64,000 nucleotides of DNA from Balanoglossus misakiensis (taxonomy: Eukaryota; Animalia; Hemichordata): the NCBI GenBank assembly GCA_040954595.2, contig CM082582.2:9167483-9231482 (forward strand), given 5' to 3'. Positions 31,194 to 43,300 of this stretch are shown piece by piece. Under the pieces are notes generated by a model. That model worked only from the letters and a program-made list of their open reading frames with translations. It had not been told where the DNA came from and made no database searches. Position numbers and translations under genes: made by a program. Each line of letters opens with the position of its first letter. Positions within the stretch are counted from its first letter, which is position 1.

Positions 31194-33834
31194 CTACTCC
31201 ACACTAGAGTCATCTTTCTGTAGTTCTTTTCCATCCCCTATTGCATCATCGTCCGTCTCATCCAAGTACTCCCAATAGTCTATCTGCACATCAGTTTTTC
31301 CGTACAGAGTCTGCAGGATCTTCAATACACTGTGTTGGATGAGTTCCACTTGTTCCTTGGGACAGTAATCATCATAGCTCGACCTGTGAATACACGATAT
31401 TTATGCTTACGGAACTGATAAAAAAAAACTATGGCAATGATGCATTTCAATTTTTTTAAATGTAAAACACCCATCAAAATCCAATTTGAACCACTTTAAA
31501 TCAATTCTTACCTTGCTATAGTAACCATCGTTGGCTTTGGTAACCCTGACAACATTGTCTCCATAGCAACCATCAATGCCCGGATTTCATCCTGGTCGCT
31601 GACGTGGGACGGCAGTTCATCGTTATCATCACAAGTCATTCCAGCCTGATGCAATAAGTCATAGTCAATGTCCTTGGTTCCTCCACTGGATTTTACATCA
31701 TTTATTAAATCTAGAAACTTGACTAAACTGTTAAAAGGGAAAAAAGCACAAAGTGAAGATCAGAAACATTCTGTCTGGCAACTTTTCAGAATTTTCATTT
31801 GAAAGGAAGCGCCCTCGGTGTTTGAAATGTAACATGGCAACACTACAATTTCCTGAAGAATTTGTTCTGTCCCTGATACAAAGTAAAACCTAAACTTGAG
31901 ACTTTCAGAGGAAACCTACCTTGGGTTATCTTTCAGTTCCTCTGGGCTGAATTCTTTTCCTGAAGACAACTCGCGTAAAATCTTTTCTAACGCCTCAAGT
32001 TGCTGACAGCGTTTCTTGGTACATTCCTCAAGACATTTCAAAGTATTGTTGCTCGGTCTTTCATATCTGTAGAGATCTTCAAGTAGTTCCATCTGCCTCT
32101 GTAAACAAAGATCAACACTTTATAGGGGTGCAAAGAGTCTTTTTCCCAGTTTCTTCATGAATGCATTTGTACTTGAAGAGCAAATGGATGACACTGTTAA
32201 CATACTGTTTTGGATAAGGGGAGAACCATTTGATTTCTGGGGGGGGGGGGGGATTCCAAGGACCTTACATTACCTGAGAATACACATCTTTGAAAGGATT
32301 CTTTGTTGAAAAGAAATCCAAGTCCACATCCAGCAGGACTGCTTTCCCTTTCCCAACAGCCTCTTCCAATATCCGTCTGACTTCATCAAAAGACGCAAAT
32401 TTTCCACTGTACTGGCTGCTTGATTCAGAAGTACTTTTATCGGATGAAGATATGGTCCCAGAATCTGGATCTAGAAGTGGATGGTCCTTCACTTTCTGAA
32501 ATGTCCTTCCTTGGAAAGATTCCGGCACTAGCGTCACTACACGGAATGTAACTGTTTTGGGGTTGTATATTGGATTGTCAGTGTCATGGCCAAGGTTACA
32601 TTCCGGGGCCCACAAGGTGTCGCTTAGAAAGTAGTCCTCTGAACACGTAACCCTACCAACAGAAAATAAATGTAAAGCCAGACAAAAGTGAAACCTACAA
32701 ACCCAGTTTACAAAACAAAATTACCATTATTCACCAAAAAACATAAAAGAAAAGAACTCTTTGTTTTGGACCAATACCTAAGTTTTCCACTGTTTTTATG
32801 CTTTCCTATCTGGAAGATGTACTCTCCATCTTCAAACTGGTTGGACCACGGTGGTTTGATCCAAACAATGGTTGAAAAATGACCGGCATACGCTGCTGGT
32901 AGTATCCAGTTTTCAATGCCCAGAGTACTGTAATGATACAGGGAGTGTTATATCTTCAGCCATTAAAGTATCTCTGACATTTCCCCAAAAGTCTCTCTCT
33001 TGCTGCCCTTTTTCCATTAATTATATTTGATACAAGACAGAGTTTATATTATTCTACATGTCGATATATAAGGAATCAACGTTCAACCACACAAAACATC
33101 CATCCAACTTGTAGACACAAGAGTGAAAAACTCGCCTAAATGAATAATCAGTGTTTACCATTTATTCATTTTGGCGGGATTTTTACTATTATATCCTACA
33201 AATGGGATGAAAGTTGTGTGTCGTTGAATGTCTATTCTCTATATATCAACATGTAGAATAACATGACCAGTGTCTTTTATCAAACATAATTAATGAAAAA
33301 AGTCCTGCGAGAGAGAGACTTTGTCCCTTTAAGAGATTGCACTCACATTTATTGTTTGACATCTCAAAAAAGTATGCCCTTGGTTAAAAAATAAATTAAT
33401 ATTATTTTTAGTACCAATTAAAGTCTTAACATGGTGGAGCGCTCTCACCTGAACAGTTTATCTTTTTCAAATACATCTTTAGCTGACATGTCAATTGGAA
33501 TGCACAGATCCGGATGTGAATCAAAATGCACCAGTGTTATTCCTTCCATGGGTAAATGTCTGGACCCAATGCCCCTGTAGATGTGCGGTAGAACCTGTAA
33601 AAGGTGTGTATTAAAATTTGTACATGTGTTGGAGTCATACAGCTTGTAAATTTCCAAGTTACTTGGATATGTACATGTATCATGTATTGGGTGTGTGAAT
33701 GAATTTCAACGTTCACAAGTTGCGATTTAAATTTGAAGGTTAAAATTGCCGATGACACTTACGTCATTATGGCCTTCTACAATCCACACTGGTAAATCTT
33801 TGTATTCTCTCAGACCGGAACTGTGGTTGGCCAT
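31194..33834 (-). CDS. C5orf22: UPF0489 family protein, C5orf22 homolog, multi-exon
   Basis: [11 protein letters not shown]|[69 protein letters not shown]|[11 protein letters not shown] at 33834, stop TAG 31196-31194. Confidence 0.88.
32963..33332. mobile_element. Foldback/palindromic MITE (~370 bp) in a C5orf22 intron
   Basis: 32986-33323 is an imperfect palindrome centred near 33158 (aaagtctctctct..cattaattat..tattctacatgt.gatatata..aatgaataa / ttattcatt..tatatatc.acatgtagaata..ataattaatg..agagagagacttt). Outer ends TTAAAG and CTTTAA. Confidence 0.75.
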
Positions 33835-34317
33835 TCATGAAAATGACAACATGCATGAGTGATGAAGACACAAATACTAGGAGCAGTGCAAATGGTGATC
33901 GCTTGTTTTTAAGTTATTGCCAGGGCAATTTCAGTTACAGAAATTTCACGGGGTTATACGATAACGCATCGGCTACCCAAGAGTTCTCGTTGTCATGATC
34001 GGCTACCCTTTTGGGGCTTCTCCAGCACGCAGAAACTCCATCACTGATCAAACCTCTGACTTATGAATGAGAACTCCTCCCTTTGAGACCCCCTAGGCCA
34101 ACGAGTTTTATGCCATAAAGATTGATATGCAAAAGTTTTCCCACAGTTGAATTTTGTCGCTTAATTCTCTATAACGAATTCAATAGATGTAAGCAATGGG
34201 GGCGCCGTAATTTAGGACACCGTTTGTCAGAATCGTGGCATGGAATAAAATATTAATCGGGTTAGACAATGCTCATTTTAATTTCCTAGGGGGCCCAAAC
34301 GAGGGGTATTCTCCAAG
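33835..34317. promoter_or_regulatory. Probable bidirectional promoter shared by C5orf22 and PRMT5
   Basis: Divergent ATGs only ~480 bp apart. Direct repeat atcggctaccc at ~33968 and ~33998; YY1-like CAAGATGGCG over the PRMT5 ATG. Confidence 0.6.
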
Positions 34318-37300
34318 ATGGCGAATAACCAGCACCATGTGTCGTGTGGTCGAGATCTCCACTGCGTTCCTGATATTGCAGACTCGACGCAGCTTGCCTC
34401 GGTTGCCGGGTAGGATAATTCAGTTTATATGGCACTGACTTTTGTATTGTCTATGATTCGTTTAATTTGTTTGCGGCATTGGAAATGACTAGATTCGGGT
34501 GATGAGGATGGGTGGATAGGCCGGTCGGCCGGACCGTGGTCTGTCAATCTATGATGAATGAAACATGCATGGGATATATGAGGAGCGAGCGCTCACTTTT
34601 GAACTCGCAAGTATTGTCAAATGCCTTTACTGTGTACTTGTTTTCTACCAGTTTATTTATTGATTTATCGTTTGTATTAAATTTGTTTTGCTCCTCGGTG
34701 CATATTTTAATCATCTACACAAGTAATAACTTCCTTTGGTCATATGTATGATTTCAAGTCATGTCAGCAATCCCTGTCTGAATCAGTATTGTAAAATCTT
34801 TTGCTTTACATTTTGTTCAAAAGTGTTTGGTTGGATTGTTTTGCCACAAGTTTTAGATTTAATTATGTGAAAATATAACCACACTTTTCGGATGAATTAA
34901 TGAATATAAACTCATTGTTACAAATATGTGTATCTTTTAGTTTTTGACTAACTGACTTTCTATGAAAGATTTGCATTATTGGAGTGTTTGACTGAATAAA
35001 ATATCCTTTGTCACTAGTATGTTGTCTCTAGTACATCCATAGTTGACTGAAGTGGTTGAACAGATGGAGTCTTGCTCATCTCTAATTGACTACGAAATAA
35101 TCATCCTTGAATCCTCTTTCGCATGTGTTTCACATCACTGAATTGCTGCCAGAGCTTAAGTACAATGCCATTACCTTGCTTGACGTGTTTTCAGATTGAT
35201 GGTTTACCCTGCTGTGTTAGTGCCCAGTTTAGAGCGTTTTATCACGATGTGGTTAGGTTTTCTCAAAACTGAAATGAACATTATCCTTGCAAGCTCACAA
35301 ATTTTCCGGAATTTTCAGACTGTCTCCAAACAATAAGATGGTCACCGTATATACATGTATTGTCAGTATGCTCAGTCTTGTAATTCTCTCAACCCGAATC
35401 TGTATTTTTGACTTTGTGTCACTAGGTTTGACTTTGTAGCAGTTCCAATCGTACACCCGCGATTCAAGAGGGAACAGGTATCTGGCCAAGCTAAAGACAG
35501 ACCAGGTGCTTTCACGCGATCGGATATGCTACTCTCCAGTCATGGTAAGTGACCGTGTTTCATTCATTCATTCATTCATTCATTCATTCATTCATTCATT
35601 CATTCATTCATTCATTCATTCATTCATTCATTCATTCATTCATTCATTCATTCATTCATTCATTCATTCATTCAGAACAACTAGGATAGCCAACAAATAC
35701 ATGAAGCACAGTAACGAACAACATATTTTAACGCATCAAGTCAGAAAAATTCATAGTATCCACTCTTGAATTTGTACAGTTTTGATTTACACACATGGCT
35801 TTGTCATGTTTCTTACAGATTTTTCTAAATTATCAAATGCCAATATACCAAACAGTCAAAAATTCACATTCAGCTAATCATACCGCTGTGATTTTCTTGG
35901 ATGATAAATTGTGCGTTAGGGTGATGATGTGATTATTCCCACTGCATGATGTTTTGATTTATTTATGTATGCATATCACACCACAGCAAGAAGTGTGACA
36001 AAGCTGAGTCCCCAGAATTAAAGATCTGCGCATCTGTATCAAGTATACATTTTCCCAGTTTTTTTCATCTTGTTTGATAGATACCTCTGTCTGCGTGCCA
36101 TTCATGTTAACAGTTCTTATCTTGTGAAGACATACATTTTCAATAGCGGCCTGCAACGTTCATTGAAGTCGTCATGGTAACAGGTGTTTTTGACAGGTGA
36201 TTTCCATCTCCTTATTGACTGCATCTGATTGTGCCACACATCCACACTGGGAAGCGCACTTCTGATTTTTGAGGAGAGGGGTGTTGGCGTCATTTCGAGT
36301 GAGGGCACGTCACGACATCATTAAGCAGCCTGTAAAAAGATTTCCAACCTTTATTTTCCACATTCCAAACGCAAGCAACTCTATGAAATTATGTAGGACT
36401 AGTATTGAAATTCCCAGATACATGCGGGATACCTGAGTATAAGACAGACCGAGACTGAAACATTCAAAAGCAGACATGTCTTGGGAATCCAGTACAGAGG
36501 ATAAATTTTCGAATACCTTTAATAGGCGTTTCCCTTACAACAGACATTCTGTAGACATCTATAGAATTCTATAGATTTCTTTTTTGTATTACCATCTTCC
36601 AGTGATGCCAGACGATGTTTTAGTTTTGCGTGTGGCTTCAACATCTCAGACATGTTGACAACTTCGCAAATTGACTCAAAAGAGACAAGATGATTGTAAC
36701 CTGTAAGAGGGAACACGCTGTCAAATTGCGTAGTGGACTGGAAAATTGGCAATCAACTAGTAGCTAAAAATAAAACGCAAACACTGTCAGATGAATAAAC
36801 TTCAGACATCTCTGATGATGGACGTGTTAAGATATTTTCAGTATGGCTAGGTTCCAACTGCCTGATACATGTATGGACTTTTGTATGTTGATGTAATAAT
36901 ATACACAAATGTATTAATGTGTATTTACATGTATACTTGTATATTCAATATGGCTAAGTTCCATGTGTCTGATATAGACTGTATGGAATAAGTGGTCAAG
37001 ATCATGTACACAGCGCAAGTACCGGTACATGTATTTACTGGTTTTTGACTTGCCTTGAGAGTGGCCTCCCTGCGAAAGAGAGCCATGTTTATTAATTGCG
37101 GTTTTACTTTTGACAGCGCCCCGCATATCTTCATTACGGGAGACCCACCTGAGTGCAAATTGCACCGTTAATAGCATTAACGGATTAAGAGTGTTGCGTG
37201 TGCGGATACGCCCCTGATTCACCCCGACCCCCACTGCAGCGTGTTTCAAAAAGAAAAAAAAACATTAGCTTGAAAAAGCCTCCTGAACAAAGACGTGGAA

Positions 37301-40300
37301 TAAAGTGAGTTGGGAAAGAAAACGGAAAGGCTGTCAAAGTATCAGGGATTGAAAAGCCCGGCTGTCAGTCTCCGGGAAAGCAGAGCGAGCTACCAATGTA
37401 CGTATAACAGTGCGTGAATAGGCCGCAATTTACCGTACTGTCGTCTAGCGAGAATTTGATTTCACTTCAGTCTGAGCTCACTGAATGTCTGATTCGTTTT
37501 CCTGATGTGGTTTGATCTGTTGCCTCACTGTTTTGACATATTCAACAAATGAGTTTCTTTGAGGTTTTCTGGAAGACTGACACCACATACCCACTGAATT
37601 AAAAGCGATTGTACCAGATTGGCAGATTTCTCAGAGAACATTGCCTAAATTATCTGTTGACCATTTTCATGAGTTAAATTTTTTTAGCCCTACATTATTC
37701 ATAATTATTCAAAATCTTCATACATATGAAGTATTTAGAAGAAGCAACCTCTTATTTCACTCTCAAGCAGTTGGCTTAATGAGCTGCCACTTCGCCAAGA
37801 CTAGATTAATGGATTGGTGGAAATTGCATTGATTGACAAAGCAAATGGAGATTTCTCAGAAGCTCAGATTCTAGAGGAAATTGTTGTGCATGCCATATGG
37901 ATATAAATATTCCAAACAAACGTGTTAAAATTTATTGGTGTGGCAAAGGTTGCGTATAACAGTTTATGTAGATGTATTGTTGCTTGCCGAATGATACCGT
38001 AAATCAAGATTTTTTTTAAAAATTTCATGAATATTGCAAGAGCCCGAAAAAAAATCTAAATCATCGTGACTGTATTTATTTCCTGAGGTGTGTGTGATAT
38101 ATTGAGGAAATGTCACACAACTCTATAGTTTCTGTGTTTACTGATGCATGTATCACGGTTACCATGCATGTATGAACTGCTTAGATTTGAGGAACAAGGC
38201 AAATACTCTCCTTGATGATATTGCAAACAGGAAATTTTTGCTGGATTGCCTTGGAATGACAGATCAATATATAAATTAATCGGAAAAAACCTCTGTTAGA
38301 TTTCCAGGTTTGCCGGACTATACAAAAAGAGCATTGATGCAATAGAAAAGCAAAATACAAATGAACGAAAGAAAAAGGTCAATCTATGGATTCCTTGAAA
38401 TTACAAATCCGTGTTTCCCCAAAGGCGGTGATGCCAGGTTTTGCATTTTCCGTCGGGCAAATGTGGGTTGCAGATTGCCAACAAACGTGTGCAGGGAAAG
38501 TTAATTCTGGGTGGAATTGAAGCAGTTGCCATGGAAACAAACTGCAAGACTTGATTCAGCCATGTGAATGTCTTTTATGCTCTTGTAGACAAACACTTAC
38601 ATTTCTTGTCTTGAATTCTTTTTTTTGTATGCATCAAAACATGTCAAATCTAAATTGTGCTGGCGTATTAAGGTAAACACAGAGTACATACTAGCGATCT
38701 TATCAGGCGGAAAACATTTATGGCTAGATCTGAATTTGCTTTTAACAAAGAATAGGCATTACATTACATAGTTTGTCTAGAGTGCACTGCATGATTGGTG
38801 TAAGTAGACAACATTACCCTCGTAATATTAGTCTGCCGTCCAATTATGGACAGATTTGTTGGGAGAAAGAAATGGACATTGTATTAAATATCAGAAAAAT
38901 GCCTTGTTGAATTAAATTATATGTTGTCTGTAGGATTTGAAGGGGAAACTGACTGTCATACTAGATATAGAAACAATGGCTAATATTGAAGGGCCAGTTG
39001 CTGTAAACTCTTGATTTCAGAAATCACAAACGATATTGAAGTAGTATTTTAGCCAGTTTGTGTTTAGAACTTTGCAAACTTAGCTGTGTGGAAAGCTCAG
39101 GTGTACTTTTATTACTCTTATGAACGTATCGACACAGAATATGGCATATAAAATAACCTCTCTGTTCGACAGCACACACACAGATTGTGGGGGTTGCAGA
39201 TGGGACATTGTATCATTGAAAGTATTTTGTGTTAAGCTCAATTTTCATTTCAGAATATTACAACAAGTGACATTTCAGAACGTTTCTTACAATGTATCAT
39301 CTTCGGCTTTTGCCCATTCAATGGAGCAATTCACGTCACTCAGGCTTTAAAGATGCAGCTTACACAAAGCTTTTACAAAGCTGACATTTGAATCCCTTCT
39401 TCTGTCAACAGACTGGAGCTCTCTTGTTGTCGGCAAGACATCGCCATGGCTACAGCTGGATTCACAGGATGAGATTCTCAGGAAAAACTCAGAGCTGGCT
39501 TTGAAGCAAGAACTGTCGTATGCAGGACACCTCAGCATGCCAGCCGTTTTAGTGAAATTGTACAGTGGCAACTGCAGTAATCTCGGCCGGGTCCTGCTGA
39601 GTCATATGCTAGGGGGTTTCAATCAGCAGGTAGGCATATTGATGGGTTGGTTGGTTGGTTGGTTGGTTGGTTGGTTGGTTGGTTGATTGATTGATTGATT
39701 AATTTAATGTTGATTGGTTGATTACATATTGGGTTGGTTGGTTGTTGGTTGGTTGGTTGGTTGATTAGTGGTTTGGTCAGTCTGTCATTTATTTGATTAT
39801 AAAATCATTGACTGATTGATTGATTTTTCTTTATATACAGCTTTGGATTCACGTGCCAATGGCATCGCCCTGCACGACCAGAGACAATCTTGTAGACTTT
39901 GACGGTGAACCTAATAATGTGGACGAGAAAGAGAAAAAAGAAGTCGACACGTGGCAGTGGTGGAACACATTGCGAACTATTTGCGACAGCCACAAGAAAA
40001 TTTCTTTAGGTAAATACAGATTGTGATCCCATTGCTTTCAGTGGTGGTGTTCTTTTTAATGTACAAAGAGGGGAAAATAGTTTTTGGCATTGCATGTCTC
40101 ACATGTAATTAGATCAACCTTTACATCACTGCAGTTGTCTGAAGGGGCAAAATCGCTCGGAATTGGACACCGAAAACCATTTTGAACTCGATACTTTTCC
40201 ATTGAGTGTTCATTGATGTCTCCTGTTGAAAAAAACAGCAAAGAAGCGTGGAATTTTAAACATTGCTTTTCTATAGTTTTCTTTTATATCCTCCAGCACT

Positions 40301-43300
40301 TACCTTTACGGTGCAATTCTGATACACGATACGTATTACATTACGCGAAATCACCATCACAGTAACAGACTTGGTAACATTATCCGCATCCTCGCAGAAT
40401 AATGTAAAAAAAAATGGCAACCAAGATCAAGTTGCCGAGATCACCCTTCATTGTCAGTTCCAATGATAAAGGCATGCCAGATGCTCCTTTCATTAAGGGG
40501 TCACACCTATGCAAATTTAGCCACAGTTACCATGGAAAGTGGAGATCTAGCCAATCACCAATTTACAATTGGTGGCCATGCAAAAAACAGACCGTCACTA
40601 TGTTCTTTAGAAGACTCAGACATGCCCTTTTAATATGGGTTTATGTAAATTAGAGAGGTGATATGTATTCCTTTAAATTTCAGCTCTTGAAGTATCACTA
40701 GATTTGCCATCCAAGGCTTTGATTGACAGATGGCTGGGCGAGCCAATCAAATGTGCCATCCTCCCGACCACCATCTTCTTGACCAATAAGAAGGGATATC
40801 CAGTCCTCTCCAAGTCCCACCAGCAACTCGTCATTCGTTTGCATAAGGTAAGTGCAAGAGTGGGATCATTCTTAGCTGTGTCCCTTTAATACATTTATGG
40901 AGAAATAAAATATCAGTTATGTATTTTATCTTGAGCTAGTTTGAAATATTATAACTCTAAGCTTATACTGCAATGAATCAAATTCTTGAAACAAAATATT
41001 GGTGAGAATTGCACTGCAAGGGAAGAGATTTTTTCTGTGAGTTGCCTTTTAACATAACTGGATTTGATAAGATTCAAGATACTGGGTTCAGTAATAATAA
41101 ATTTCCGCTCTAGATTTTATAGAGTGATATTCAGGATGCAAGCTTTATCTGCACAACACGAAAATCCAGCGGGAAATGTCATGTTTATTCCCAAGGGGAC
41201 AGATTTCACTGGAACGGATTTGCAATTTTGTCTCCAGTATTTGATTAAAACGGAAGTCATTTGTTGGTATTAATCCTCCCTGGCAGCCAGCAGTATCGGT
41301 GTCCAGTGCATTAATGTGTCTTCGTTGTCATGCAAGTTTTTTGTTGATTTTCGTGTGTTTTAGTGCATTTTCATGCATTTTGCTACAATATCAAAACAAC
41401 TCAACCGAAGTTGCAACTTTCCTGAAAGCTATATATAGTGAATCGCATTTTCGTCTATCTATCCCTCAATTGTGCAACGTATTAATTGCTATTTCCATTG
41501 AATCTGTTGAGTCATCCTGTAAATTGTTCTGTCGGTATATATAAAGCGCTTCTGGCTGCATTGATAGTCATTATCGTATCCAAGCTTGTGTGTAATCATT
41601 TTGAAATCCAGTCATTTTGAATTCCATGCATGTATTGCATCATCCAACAGATAGTTAAACTGCACATCTGCAACCAGAGAAAGAATTACAACAAGAACAG
41701 TTTTTAAATTGGATTAGAAAATAGGAGCATAATCATCCCAGGCAAATCAGCAAATAGTTAGATGTTATCCCATCAGTTAACAGCATTTGGTAGCCATGGT
41801 GATTTTAAACAGAAAAAATGTTTCTTCTTTATCAGATAAAAGTCCATGTGTATTATGTTACTGAGTACAATTACAAATGGAGCAGTTTAGATTGAAAAGT
41901 GGGAAGGTTATGTAGGATATGGCCAGTAGCCACCGACTCCCCCCCCCCCCCCCCCCAACAAACTGAGCATAAGATTGCTGGCTGTGAAAATACTTGTTTG
42001 TTGTAAAAATCCATACTTCGTGACTGAACAGCATTCTTTGGTGTCAGCTTGATAACACCATTACAAAACTTTGCGTGATTCATAAAGAAATTGTTGTTTA
42101 ATTCAATTTGTCGTACGACCACCTTTAGTTAGCCTTTCAGTGACTCCTGCGAAATTGCCATAACCCTTTGTGTTGGCGTCTAGATGGGCTTGTTAACAGT
42201 GTTCTGCCCTCTATCAAATGCAATCTACGAGCTATTTTGTGGTAATTTGGAAATTTGTCGACATTTCCCTGGTTTGTCTGTGTCGTACGATTACACGCGT
42301 AAAACAAGCAATTTTCTTGCGTCATGGAAAATCCAAGCTATCTCCCGCACAGGTTTAGCTGGCACTTTGACTAACAGTGTGGAACGAAAATAAGTGACTA
42401 TTAAACATTTTCACAGCGGTAATGCAAAATATGGCATAAAATCTGTTTTTGATGAGTTGTGTCTTTTTTCGTCGCATAGCTCGACGTACAGATGATGATC
42501 ACCGGGACGAACCGGCACCCAGACAAAGGCATCAGAGCCTATGTGCAGTACATGGATCACCTGTATCAGGCACAGCCTCCTATGTCCGGATTAGAGTCGT
42601 TTGCCAAGGGATACGAGGATTACCTGCAGTGCCCTCTTCAGGTAAATGCCACAGTGCCATTATCTCTTTTTGAAATCCAAGTAGCTCCACCTACTCATTG
42701 CGGATTAACTCAAATGTCGGATTTCACTGAGGCTGTGCAGGTTTTTTATCAGGATTTCAGAGCAGTAAATTTATAGATTTTAACGTTGCTAGAATTGTTG
42801 GTGTTTTGTAATCCATCTCAATTATTCTGTTTTATAAGAGGAATTTTATCATGTACATATGCAAATATAAATTGTACGAATACACTCATACGTACAAGAA
42901 CATATAGAGATTGTACCAGAAAACTTTACTTTGATATTTACTTTGTTTCAGCCATTAGCAGACAATCTAGAATCACAGACATATGAAATATTTGAGAAGG
43001 ACCCAGTGAAATATGCACAGTACGAGAAGGCCATCTACTATGCATTACTGGACAGAGTTCCAGCAGAAGAGAAAAGTGACACTACAGTGTGAGTTGATTC
43101 AAATATTCAATCTGCAGCAATGAAGTGGTCAAGGAGTTTATTGCTAGTAATCTCAAACGTGAGTGTCATAAGAATAATTGGTTCATTAGATAAAGAAAGT
43201 TGAATTGAATTTGTTCGTCTGTGTTCCCCAACAGGACGTTGATGGTACTGGGAGCTGGCCGAGGACCACTCGTCAGGGCCTCTCTCCAAGCCGCAAAAAA

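Noticed and set aside
32215-32256. ggggagaaccatttgatttctgg plus poly-G, resembling a transposon terminus
   Set aside because: No partner inverted repeat or target duplication found nearby.
34500-34800. Possible C/D-box snoRNA in PRMT5 intron 1 (ATGATGA at ~34550)
   Set aside because: No suitably spaced D box with a terminal stem or rRNA-complementary guide seen.
35506-35769. 87-aa ORF with FIHS repeats
   Set aside because: Translation of the (TTCA)n microsatellite.
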